From contig DAOUEQ010000036.1 of the NCBI GenBank assembly GCA_034430395.1, forward strand, positions 2,116 through 66,115: a DNA stretch of 64,000 nucleotides, in the 5' to 3' direction. The notes below the pieces were generated by a model, which searched no databases, was not told the DNA's origin, and saw only the letters and a program-made list of their open reading frames with translations. Of this stretch, positions 8,941 to 17,416 are shown piece by piece. This stretch comes from Anaerolineales bacterium (GTDB lineage Bacteria; Chloroflexota; Anaerolineae; Anaerolineales; E44-bin32). The position numbers and the translations under genes were made by a program. How positions within the stretch are numbered: position 1 is the first letter of the stretch; every line of letters begins with the position of its first letter.

Positions 8941-9071
8941 GTTCATGATTCGGTCTAAAGACTCGTAGCAGTAAGCTGCCGGAATCCCTCTGCAGAATCT
9001 AGTCTAAGGTTGATCGAAAATCGGGCGCACACATGAGTGCGCCTCTACATTAACGACGTAGGCAACTCCAT

Positions 9072-9251
9072 TCAATTAAAGATTCTCAAGGTCCGGATAA
9101 GCAGCGAAGCCTCAATTGCCAGAACTGCAAGGAATCCAGCGCAGAGAATCACTCGAACCAACCGCTCAACCAGATGCTTCTTCCATTGAGTGGTTTCTCG
9201 AGGGTTGCCAAGATTTAGAAATCGCAAGGTATTCAGTATGAGAGATGGCAT
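9072..9251 (-). CDS. Possible 59-aa small membrane protein (below the ORF-track cutoff)
   Basis: Hand translation gives MPSLILNTLRFLNLGNPRETTQWKKHLVERLVRVILCAGFLAVLAIEASLLIRTLRIFN, with one hydrophobic helix. The RBS is weak. Confidence 0.2.
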   Translation of the reverse strand: MPSLILNTLRFLNLGNPRETTQWKKHLVERLVRVILCAGFLAVLAIEASLLIRTLRIFN

Positions 9252-9363
9252 ATCCGCATAACCTTACCAGTCCGATCTATGATCATCATACAATCGAAAG
9301 CTCTGGTTGCAGATCAACTGTAAACCAATTGAAAAGTCCCCAAATATCCAAAAATCACCGCCG

Positions 9364-9372
9364 TGCTACAAT
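9364..9372 (+). promoter_or_regulatory. Extended -10 promoter TGcTACAAT placed 6 nt before the ATG (leaderless transcript predicted)
   Basis: The sequence tgctacaatggccacATG at 9364-9381 is near-identical to the one at 22543-22560. Confidence 0.45.
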
Positions 9373-9378
9373 GGCCAC

Positions 9379-11268
9379 ATGCTCACCCCCACATCCAGGC
9401 GCGTATGGATCGTCCTGCTGCTAACAATGCTCACCGCGAGTATTATCCCGTCAGCTTTGGCGCAAACGGATATCAGCCTGCGCATTTCTGAACTCAACAT
9501 CGAGTCCTTCCCACGCGTCTCACTCTTCGCCCAAGTGACAGATGGCAGGGGGCACCAGCTACTCGGCTTAACGTCCGATAACTTCCGGGTCATCGAAGAG
9601 AATGCAGAAGCGAGTGATATCGAGGTCGGAGAAACTACGGTTGGAAGCAGGATCGTATTCGCCCTGAACACAAACATCGGACTTCGCATACGAGACACCC
9701 TGGGAAATTCGCGCTTCGACCTCGCACGACAGGCTTTGCTGGATTGGTGGCGGCGCCCCGAAGTCAATCGGATAGGCATTGATGACCTGAGTCTGATCGC
9801 GGTCGATGGTCCGCTTCAAAGCCATTCCAGAGCTGCAGTCGACCTCGCAACCGAATTGGATCATCACCAACCAACCTTCCCCGACGAAGAGACCGGCTAT
9901 GAGCTTCTCTTCCAGGCACTGGACTACACCGCGGACAGACCGCCGGTTGCCGGAATGCCGAATTATCTTGTTTTCTTCACGTCATTGTTAAAGCCGCCCA
10001 GTGACATCCCCGTAATGAATATCATCACACGCGCTCAAAGTAATGAGACGGCGATCTTCCCAGTGTTACTGGGGGAAGAAGATGTTCTGGAGCAGCCCGA
10101 GGTGGAGATCATGATCCAGATCGCCGAGGAGACGGGAGGCCAACTCATCGTGTTTAACGACGATGATGGACTCGATCGTTTAATCGACTTGATCATCAGC
10201 CAACGGATTCAGTACTCTCTCAAGTACACGTCGCAAATCATCGATTCCGGACCTCATGAAGCTCGGGTTCAGCTGATTATCGATGACACAGAGGTAGCTT
10301 CTTCCATCAGGAATTTTGTCTTGGAGATTCAACCTCCAGAAATCACATTGCTCCGACCACCAGGAGAGATCTTTCGCAGCCCCGATGATCCATCCACTCC
10401 ACTTGACGAAATTCAGCCCACATCCATCGAGTTGGAATTCGCAAAGACCTTCCCCGATGGCTTTCCCCGCGAACTCACAATGAGCCAGCTGCTCGTAGAC
10501 GGCGTCGTCGTTTACCAAAGCGAAGCCCCGCCTCACGAACGTCTAGTCTGGGATCTTCGACCCTTGCTCCAGTCCGAGGAACACACAATACAGGTTTTCG
10601 TCGTAGATTCCTTCGGGCAAGAGAGCGCATCTGATATCCACAGAGTCCAACTGGAAGTTGAATTGCCCCCGCGCGGTCTTGTGGCTATTCGACCTGCATT
10701 GGGCTCACTTCTCCTTGCCCTAGGAGTCCTGCTTGTGGGCACCATCATGGCAGCCGTTTTGCTTACGTACGGCCGACGGCCCTTAAAGACTGCTGAAGCC
10801 GAGCCCCAAGGGATTTCGGTAACCGCGCATCGGAGAGCTGCATTACGGCGCGATCTTCCTGATGAGCCTGTTGAGGCTTACCTCCACCCAATGGGACCCT
10901 ATACCACAACCGGCGAGGGCATCCCATTGATTGGTACGGACATTTTTATAGGAAGCGATCCCTCGCTCACTGCCGTGCCCCTGGAAGATCCTTCCGTCGA
11001 CAGAATGCACGCTCGCCTCATCCGTCAGGTTGACGGCGGTTATCTGCTCAAAGATCAGGGTTCCATCGCCGGTACCTGGGTGAACTACGAAGAAATACCG
11101 GAAGAAGGGATGCTATTAGCGGACGGCGATCGTGTTCACTTTGGACGCGCCTTTTTCCAATTCATTCGGCCAAACGCCCCTCAACATCGTATAATCCACG
11201 TTTGTAAATTTGAATTCAAGGGTGAAGCCCCACTGGAGCCAGAGGGAAATATTCCTGATGATCGTTGA
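9379..11268 (+). CDS. FHA domain-containing single-pass membrane protein with a large extracytoplasmic N-terminal region
   Basis: 629 aa from MLTPTSRRVWIVLLL (signal-like). It has a TM segment LGSLLLALGVLLVGTIMAAVLL and a C-terminal FHA signature IGSDP...RMHARL...LKDQGSIAGTWVN.... Confidence 0.8.
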   Translation: MLTPTSRRVWIVLLLTMLTASIIPSALAQTDISLRISELNIESFPRVSLFAQVTDGRGHQLLGLTSDNFRVIEENAEASDIEVGETTVGSRIVFALNTNIGLRIRDTLGNSRFDLARQALLDWWRRPEVNRIGIDDLSLIAVDGPLQSHSRAAVDLATELDHHQPTFPDEETGYELLFQALDYTADRPPVAGMPNYLVFFTSLLKPPSDIPVMNIITRAQSNETAIFPVLLGEEDVLEQPEVEIMIQIAEETGGQLIVFNDDDGLDRLIDLIISQRIQYSLKYTSQIIDSGPHEARVQLIIDDTEVASSIRNFVLEIQPPEITLLRPPGEIFRSPDDPSTPLDEIQPTSIELEFAKTFPDGFPRELTMSQLLVDGVVVYQSEAPPHERLVWDLRPLLQSEEHTIQVFVVDSFGQESASDIHRVQLEVELPPRGLVAIRPALGSLLLALGVLLVGTIMAAVLLTYGRRPLKTAEAEPQGISVTAHRRAALRRDLPDEPVEAYLHPMGPYTTTGEGIPLIGTDIFIGSDPSLTAVPLEDPSVDRMHARLIRQVDGGYLLKDQGSIAGTWVNYEEIPEEGMLLADGDRVHFGRAFFQFIRPNAPQHRIIHVCKFEFKGEAPLEPEGNIPDDR

Positions 11269-12199
11269 CCAGCAATCTCACATGGCGTATGCAGCCCGCA
11301 CCCACCAGGGGAAGAAAAGGCACGTCAACGAAGATCGCTACATCGTGAGAGCCTATCGTGTTGAAGAGGACGGAACGCCGGCGTTGTTGGCAGTCGTCGC
11401 CGACGGAATCGGCGGTCACCAGGCAGGTGATATCGCCGCACAGTTGACAGTGGAAACGATCACTCAGGGGGTGGCTACTTTCCAGGGTGGCGATCCGCTC
11501 CCTTGCCTCCAATCGGCAATCATCGAGGCCGGACGCGTGGTGTCCACAAAAGCAGCAGAATCCGCTGATCTCGCTGGGATGGGATCCACGGCGGCAGTTG
11601 CCCTTATCGTTGGACCGCGCCTCTATACCGTCACGGTTGGGGACAGCCGTATTTATCTGCTGCGGCAGGGCCGATTACGCCAGATCTCGATTGATCACAC
11701 CTGGGTCCAAGAGGCGATCGACTACGACATTATCTCGCCCGAAGAAGCAAAGGACCACCCCCAAGCGCATGTCATCAGACGGCATATCGGAGGCAAGCAA
11801 CTTCCCGAGCCGGATATTCGCATGTCGTTGGAGGATGGCGAGAACGATCGCCGGGCGATCTTGAACCAAGGTATGCACCTAAAGCGAGGGGACCGCTTAC
11901 TGCTCTGCACAGACGGTCTCACCGATATGGTGACCGATCTAGAAATCTATCAAGCTCTCAAGGAAATGCCCGTGGAAGAAGCGGCCGCATCTCTTCTGGA
12001 TCTTGCTTTGAACCACGGCGGCTACGACAACATCACACTGATTATCCTCGCGGCACCGAAGGGCAAGCATCAAGAGCCGCCTCTCTCAAAATTTGGATGC
12101 CTGCTTGCCGCTGCCGTCAGCAGTTTGATCCTGATATTCGTAACCACGCTGGCGCTCGCCGCTGTCTGGTGGTTTGGGTTCTGGCCATGGTCTCCGTAG
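11258..12199 (+). CDS. PP2C-family Ser/Thr protein phosphatase with C-terminal membrane anchor
   Basis: The motifs NEDRY, VADGIGGHQAGD, GMGSTA, VGDSRIYL, CTDGLTD and GGYDNITLI are present. The start overlaps the FHA gene stop. The C-terminal hydrophobic segment is LLAAAVSSLILIFVTTLALAAVWWF. Confidence 0.88.
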   Translation: MIVDQQSHMAYAARTHQGKKRHVNEDRYIVRAYRVEEDGTPALLAVVADGIGGHQAGDIAAQLTVETITQGVATFQGGDPLPCLQSAIIEAGRVVSTKAAESADLAGMGSTAAVALIVGPRLYTVTVGDSRIYLLRQGRLRQISIDHTWVQEAIDYDIISPEEAKDHPQAHVIRRHIGGKQLPEPDIRMSLEDGENDRRAILNQGMHLKRGDRLLLCTDGLTDMVTDLEIYQALKEMPVEEAAASLLDLALNHGGYDNITLIILAAPKGKHQEPPLSKFGCLLAAAVSSLILIFVTTLALAAVWWFGFWPWSP

Positions 12200-12230
12200 A
12201 AAACCTTCAACGCAACTTGTCGACAAAGAT

Positions 12231-12512
12231 CTAGCGATCTAAGCCTTCCCGGTCGCTCAACCCAGGCTCCCCCAACAGTGCGAGAACAAGTCCCGCCACC
12301 TGGTCAGGAGCAATTCGCTCTTGGATAAAGAAACCCGCCAGGATCACCATAAATGCCGGAGCGAGCGCGGTCAGCCAAGAAGCCGTGGTAGCGGCAGCGC
12401 TGAGTATTCCATCCGCCTGCAGCCACTGATTTCCCGCGACACTGATAACCCCCGGAAAGATCGAATAAACGTGACCCCTCAACGATAGCCCTGCGAGGTC
12501 ACCACCAGCCAA
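12231..12512 (-). pseudogene. C-terminal fragment of an EamA/DMT-family transporter (truncated remnant)
   Basis: Only about 90 codons resemble the last helices of an EamA domain (...LTALAPAFMVILAGFFIQERIAPDQVAGLVLALLG). There is no ATG start, and only 58 nt separate it from the neighbouring gene. Confidence 0.4.
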
Positions 12513-12570
12513 CCAGCCAGGATTGCAAAGGTTCTTCTCTGCATTTGTGTCACAGGCTCTCGCACAGGGT

Positions 12571-13596
12571 TTAGCGCTCGATTGTCAGACGGACGATATG
12601 GCGATCCACACCTCCGAGGCGGTACTTATAACCTTCATCGCCGCGCAGGAAATCGATCTCTGTTCGACCATTGTCAATCGCCCAACGAATTAGATAGGCC
12701 ATTAAAACCCAGCCCGGGGAGAGGTCATAATGCGTGGGGTTGAAGCCGGAGTTGTAAATCCAGAGTTTATTATCGTAATCAAAATTCATATACCCAAATG
12801 CAGGTTCCCCTCCGACCTCGAGAAAAGCTAACTGAAGCCAACCGCGCTCAAGCGCGGTCCGAGCAAGGTGGCGGAAGAACTCCTGCATTCTATCCGTTAG
12901 GAACGTCTGTTTCCCTGGGTCGTTCTGCATGAGCTTGAGAAATAGATCGATCTCGGGTTCAATCGGCGAATCTCGATCGACGATCCGCCAACTGACACGC
13001 GCCGGATACTCCTCCACCCGCCTAAGTTTTCGCTTGACTTCCTTACGTTGTTTGCTGGTGAGCGCCTGGAGATATGCCTCCCAGTTGTCCCCAAGTGCCA
13101 CAAAAGGCAACGGTGAGATCCGCTCCTTTTCCACACGCCACCCGCGTTTCTCCGCTGAGCGCTGAAGCGCTTGCACTGTTGGCGATCCCTCGGGCAGGTT
13201 ATATAAATCGAGGACCTCCCAATCTTCTGGTCCTTCAATATCTAGTGATCCCAACAGCGCGTCAACGAACTCCCCAATGGCGGATTCCGAAACGATAAAA
13301 TCCAGATAATCAGAAACCTCCACACTTCCCACGATGAAGATCGAAGGACGACCATCTCGACCTACACTAAAAAACAATGGTGCTATCCCCACAATTTCAC
13401 CGTCGTCCCTCTTGCCCAACCCGAGCCATAGTTCTCCCTCATCCCACTCGCCGCCTCCCAATGTAGACCACCATATGTTAAGAAAATCTGGTTGTTGGAA
13501 TGGCGTATTAATGACGGAGCGGCTAAGAATCGCTTCCCAAATATCAGAGATCTCAGAGAAAGATTGGTCTGAGTGAAGGAACTGTATATTCATCAT
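12571..13596 (-). CDS. GNAT-fold acetyltransferase of the CelD/BioF2-like (FemAB-related) type
   Basis: 341 aa. The N-terminal W..L......TPFQQPDFL..WW pattern and overall length are typical of this family. Confidence 0.6.
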   Translation of the reverse strand: MMNIQFLHSDQSFSEISDIWEAILSRSVINTPFQQPDFLNIWWSTLGGGEWDEGELWLGLGKRDDGEIVGIAPLFFSVGRDGRPSIFIVGSVEVSDYLDFIVSESAIGEFVDALLGSLDIEGPEDWEVLDLYNLPEGSPTVQALQRSAEKRGWRVEKERISPLPFVALGDNWEAYLQALTSKQRKEVKRKLRRVEEYPARVSWRIVDRDSPIEPEIDLFLKLMQNDPGKQTFLTDRMQEFFRHLARTALERGWLQLAFLEVGGEPAFGYMNFDYDNKLWIYNSGFNPTHYDLSPGWVLMAYLIRWAIDNGRTEIDFLRGDEGYKYRLGGVDRHIVRLTIER

Positions 13597-13694
13597 TGGA
13601 TTATCTTTGCGGAACGGCTAGGATTGTACCAGCCGCGGCAATGTTCTTGCATCTACGATTGCACCGACGAACCCGTTTCGGTACAATGACTGCC

Positions 13695-15815
13695 ATGGCT
13701 CAAATGTTCGAAGCAGATATTGCTCTAATTCATATCGCTGGCGGCGCAGCTCGGTTGACTTCCCCTCCAGGAACACTCGCGTTAACCGCACCGCGACGGA
13801 CTGCCCGCGGGCGCGGAGATGATTTTCTCTTATTAAATCTCTCCCTGCAATCCTCCCGACCTGTTTCACCTGGTTATCTTGATCATCTTGTACGCATGGC
13901 TGCCGACGCGTATTACGGAACGCCGGGTTCTGTAACATCCGCACTGCGCGAGGCGGCGGCGTTGGTAAACGATCAATTGGTTGACGCTAATCAGGATGAG
14001 TCTGAACCTATCAATTATCAAGGCAACCTGATGAGCGCAGTGCTGCGTGGCAAAGATCTCTATTTTGGTCAGAGCGGGGTAGGTCAGGTGATCCTCGTAC
14101 GACCTGGCGCGGTTAATCGCCTGAGTTCGGGTGAGGCTTCGGAACGACCTCTTGGCATCAGTTTAGCGCCTCATATCCGCTTCTATCACTTCGAATCACA
14201 GCCCAACGATCTCCTCGTTCTGACGACTACGCCAAGTGATCTATGGTCTGATGCAACCCTCTCTGGCCTGGCGACACTCGAACTTGAGCAAGCAATCGAC
14301 CGCCTCGTCGCCGCCAGCAACTACGACCTAACCGGACTCCTAGCGCGCATCGTTCCGCCCGGCAGAGCCGGCCTCCAGCCCTCCTTCCTGCACGCGCCCC
14401 CCTCCACTGAGACTTCAGCACAGGTAGAAAGATCAGCACAGGAACGATTCGGGACGGTCAAACGAAGCCCACGCCGAGGCCAATTGAGCAACTACATCAC
14501 TCCTCTTAGCCGCGGCTTGAAAACCTTGACGGCTCGAACCCTGACATTTTTATCACGGAGTCTAAATCGTTTAGCTCCGGGTTTTTCTGAACCCCTCCAT
14601 CCCGATGCATTATCCCGCCAAATGCTTGTTGGCACTGCCATCGCCATCCCATTAATTATTGTGAGTATTGCCTCGTTGGTTTACGTTAGAAAGGGCCGCA
14701 CGGAAGAATTCCAGTCGTATTTTAATCAAGCGCGAACATCCGTAATGACTGCCCAAACCCTCCCCCTTGATGAGACTTCGCGCGGCGAGTGGGAGAACGC
14801 GGCCAAGATGCTGAGTCTGGCTGAGACCTATGGTACAAGCTCGGAATCGCAGACGTTGCGCGATCAGGTCCAATTGGCGCTTGACACCATCAATCTGGTA
14901 TCGAGGCTCGATTTCCGCCCCCTCGTCAGCGGCGGGTTTGGCTCCGACGCCATGATCACCGGGTTAGCCGCCTCTGCAAATGATCTATACGTGCTCGATG
15001 GCAAACATGAAATCATCCGCCATGCATGGGGTACACCAGAGCGAGGGTATGAGATAGATACAGCTTTTGAGTGCCTGGGTACTGCGACCATCTCGCAGGA
15101 ACTCTCCGCCCCCATCGACTTCGTTTTGCAACCCGCTCCCGGCGCATTAGGTATGGAGGGTGTGGTTACGATTGATAACGATGGAACCCTGCTTTACTGC
15201 GCCCCCGATCGTCAGCCGGCGATTGCGCAGCTTACACCGCCAGACATCGGCTGGGGCCGCATACAGGCAATAGACGTTTATGGGGATGGTCTATATGTGC
15301 TCGACCCCGCTATGAACGCTGTGTGGATCTATTCAGCTACAGGTGGTTTCTTCAGTGGTGTTCCCGAAATGTTCTTCGTTGAAGAGGTGCGCGAGCTTAA
15401 AGGGGCTATCGACCTGGCCATGGCACATGACGAACTGGTTATCCTCTATGCGGATGGTCGGTTGGACCGCTGTCGCCGCACCCTCACCGGATCAACGGAG
15501 GATGGGGGCAGAATACGTGTTGAATGTGACCCACAACCCTATTTCCAAGACGAGCGGCCGGGGAGGGAGCCGACTGCGCAGATCCCAGGCGCGGTTCCCG
15601 TTGAGTTAGATTATTCCCCTCCGCCCGAACCTTCCCTTTACTTCCTCGATCTGCTCAGCAATAGCGTATTCCATTACAGTTTGCGTCTTGTATATCAGGG
15701 GCAATTCATGCCGAAGGAGTTTTTTGAAGAGGAGATCTCCGCCATGACGCTCGGACCTCCCAACGATCTCTATCTCGCAGTCGGATCGCAGGTCTACCAG
15801 ACGCGGCTGCATTAA
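13695..15815 (+). CDS. Membrane protein with a degenerate PP2C/SpoIIE-like cytoplasmic domain and an extracytoplasmic beta-propeller-like region
   Basis: The start is uncertain (13596, 13686 or 13695). TACAAT at 13682-13687 lies 7 nt before the ATG at 13695. One TM segment is MLVGTAIAIPLIIVSIASLVYV. The C-terminal half has repeated ...LYVLD... strands. Confidence 0.6.
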   Translation: MAQMFEADIALIHIAGGAARLTSPPGTLALTAPRRTARGRGDDFLLLNLSLQSSRPVSPGYLDHLVRMAADAYYGTPGSVTSALREAAALVNDQLVDANQDESEPINYQGNLMSAVLRGKDLYFGQSGVGQVILVRPGAVNRLSSGEASERPLGISLAPHIRFYHFESQPNDLLVLTTTPSDLWSDATLSGLATLELEQAIDRLVAASNYDLTGLLARIVPPGRAGLQPSFLHAPPSTETSAQVERSAQERFGTVKRSPRRGQLSNYITPLSRGLKTLTARTLTFLSRSLNRLAPGFSEPLHPDALSRQMLVGTAIAIPLIIVSIASLVYVRKGRTEEFQSYFNQARTSVMTAQTLPLDETSRGEWENAAKMLSLAETYGTSSESQTLRDQVQLALDTINLVSRLDFRPLVSGGFGSDAMITGLAASANDLYVLDGKHEIIRHAWGTPERGYEIDTAFECLGTATISQELSAPIDFVLQPAPGALGMEGVVTIDNDGTLLYCAPDRQPAIAQLTPPDIGWGRIQAIDVYGDGLYVLDPAMNAVWIYSATGGFFSGVPEMFFVEEVRELKGAIDLAMAHDELVILYADGRLDRCRRTLTGSTEDGGRIRVECDPQPYFQDERPGREPTAQIPGAVPVELDYSPPPEPSLYFLDLLSNSVFHYSLRLVYQGQFMPKEFFEEEISAMTLGPPNDLYLAVGSQVYQTRLH

Positions 15816-15887
15816 CCTCGACTTCTTTGACAAGCCCATTGCCAGAGACTAAAATCATTTTCACGAAAGCGTATTGGAGGCGGTTTA

Positions 15888-17021
15888 GTGAGTCGTTGGC
15901 CGGGTAAGTACGTCATCGGTCTAACCGGGAACATCGCAACAGGTAAGAGCGTTGTACGCAAGATGCTCGAGCATCTTGGCGGCTATGGTATTGACGCCGA
16001 TGCTCTCGCGCATCGCGCCATAGCAAAAGGCGCTCCCGGCTACCCCCTTGTTCTAAGAGCTTTTGGGGAATGGGTCCTCGACGAAGAGGGGCAGATCGAC
16101 CGCCAGAAATTAGCAAAGATTGCCTTCTCCGATCCGATGGCTCTGGAACGGTTGGAAGTGATTGTTCATCCACTCGTCACCCATGCAGTCGACCTGCTCA
16201 TCCGCCGGGCGAAGCAAAACACCGTCGTGATTGAAGCGATCAAGCTTCTCGAATCAGAGCTGGCGGCTGGCTGCGATACGATCTGGGTCGTTGATGCGCC
16301 AGCTGAACTGCAAATCGCACGCTTGATGCATAAACGCAAGATGGCAGAGGCGGCTGCGAGGCAGAGAATCGCGGCACAATCGCCACAGGCGCTCAAACTT
16401 CGTGCCGCAAAGGTTATGATCCGTAATAATGGCTCTTTTGAAAACACCTGGGATCAGGTCCAGGAGGCATGGGGACAACTGCCCAAACCCGAAGAGCCTC
16501 TACTGCCCGAGCCCCCTGTTGTTAAACCCGGCGAACTCATCGTCCGTCGTGGTCGACCACAAGATGCGGATGACATCGCCCGCTTCATCACCCACGTCAC
16601 CCACGGCAAGAAACGCATGACGCGCCAGGATGTCATGGCCGCCTTCGGCGAGAAAGCTTTCCTGCTCATTATTCGGGAAGATGAGATTTCCGGCATCGCT
16701 GGTTGGCAGGTCGAGAACCTCATCACGCGCATCGATGAGCTTTACTTCGTAACCGGTCTGGCCATCGATGAAGCCATCCCGGCATTAATGGATGAAGTTG
16801 AAACCGCTTCAATAGAACTTCAGAGTGAAGCCTCGCTGCTCTTCCTACCACCCTACCTCGCCCAGCACGTCGGCGCCTGGCGAGCTGTCGGTTATCGACC
16901 GCAAACGGTTCAGGGCCTTGGCATCCGTGCTTGGCAGGAAGCAGCACTCGAGTCAATGCCGCGCGGCGCTTCGTTGTGGTTCAAACAGCTTCGAGTTGAT
17001 CGCGTCCTCAGACCGCTCTAA
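15888..17021 (+). CDS. coaE: Dephospho-CoA kinase fused to a roughly 170-aa C-terminal GNAT-like domain
   Basis: It has a GTG start with GGAGG 8 nt upstream and the P-loop GLTGNIATGKS. CoaE homology covers about 200 aa, and the extra C-terminal domain lacks a clear acetyl-CoA motif. Confidence 0.8.
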   Translation: MSRWPGKYVIGLTGNIATGKSVVRKMLEHLGGYGIDADALAHRAIAKGAPGYPLVLRAFGEWVLDEEGQIDRQKLAKIAFSDPMALERLEVIVHPLVTHAVDLLIRRAKQNTVVIEAIKLLESELAAGCDTIWVVDAPAELQIARLMHKRKMAEAAARQRIAAQSPQALKLRAAKVMIRNNGSFENTWDQVQEAWGQLPKPEEPLLPEPPVVKPGELIVRRGRPQDADDIARFITHVTHGKKRMTRQDVMAAFGEKAFLLIIREDEISGIAGWQVENLITRIDELYFVTGLAIDEAIPALMDEVETASIELQSEASLLFLPPYLAQHVGAWRAVGYRPQTVQGLGIRAWQEAALESMPRGASLWFKQLRVDRVLRPL

Positions 17022-17311
17022 TCTTCTCAGTCCTCTTCGTTGTAGTCAATTGGACATCTTGTTTTGTTACCCTCATCCAAATTGCATGGGCGACCAAGCG
17101 GATTTGCGTTGCTTTCTCCGCCCGGAGCTGAACCTCCTAGATCAGCACTTATGTAACCTCCCGCAGGTTTTGAACCCGCGGGAGATTTAACACACTCACC
17201 TCAATGCGTAGGGCGAGCCTGATATACACCCTTCTACAAATATCAACTCAAGGTGATCTCAAATTCGGGCGCGCTCTTTGGCGTGCACCAACAACCCTCT
17301 GAACGCGTTAG

Positions 17312-17333
17312 GGGCTGACACAAGTGTCGGCCC
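17312..17333. repeat. Second copy of the intergenic hairpin (GGGCTGACA-CAAG-TGTCGGCCC)
   Basis: It shares TAGGGGC[C/T]GAC..CAAG..TGTCGGCCCG with the copy at 8911-8942. Confidence 0.5.
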
Positions 17334-17369
17334 GCCACCATCTCACAAACCTCGATCCACACATGTGTT

Positions 17370-17396
17370 AAAAAAAACGCCCACGGTTGTGGGCGT
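17370..17396 (-). terminator. Rho-independent terminator of the 17417-18445 gene
   Basis: The minus strand reads ACGCCCAC-AACC-GTGGGCGT followed by TTTTTTTT. Confidence 0.85.
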
Positions 17397-17416
17397 CTGT
17401 CATCGACATTCAGGAT

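Noticed and set aside
17261-17290. A second hairpin family pairing 9024-9043 (GGCGCAC/GTGCGCC) with TCGGGCGCGC...GCGTGCACC at 17265-17289
   Set aside because: Only the TCGGGCGC prefix is shared. The second locus does not form a clean stem, so the similarity is probably GC-rich chance.
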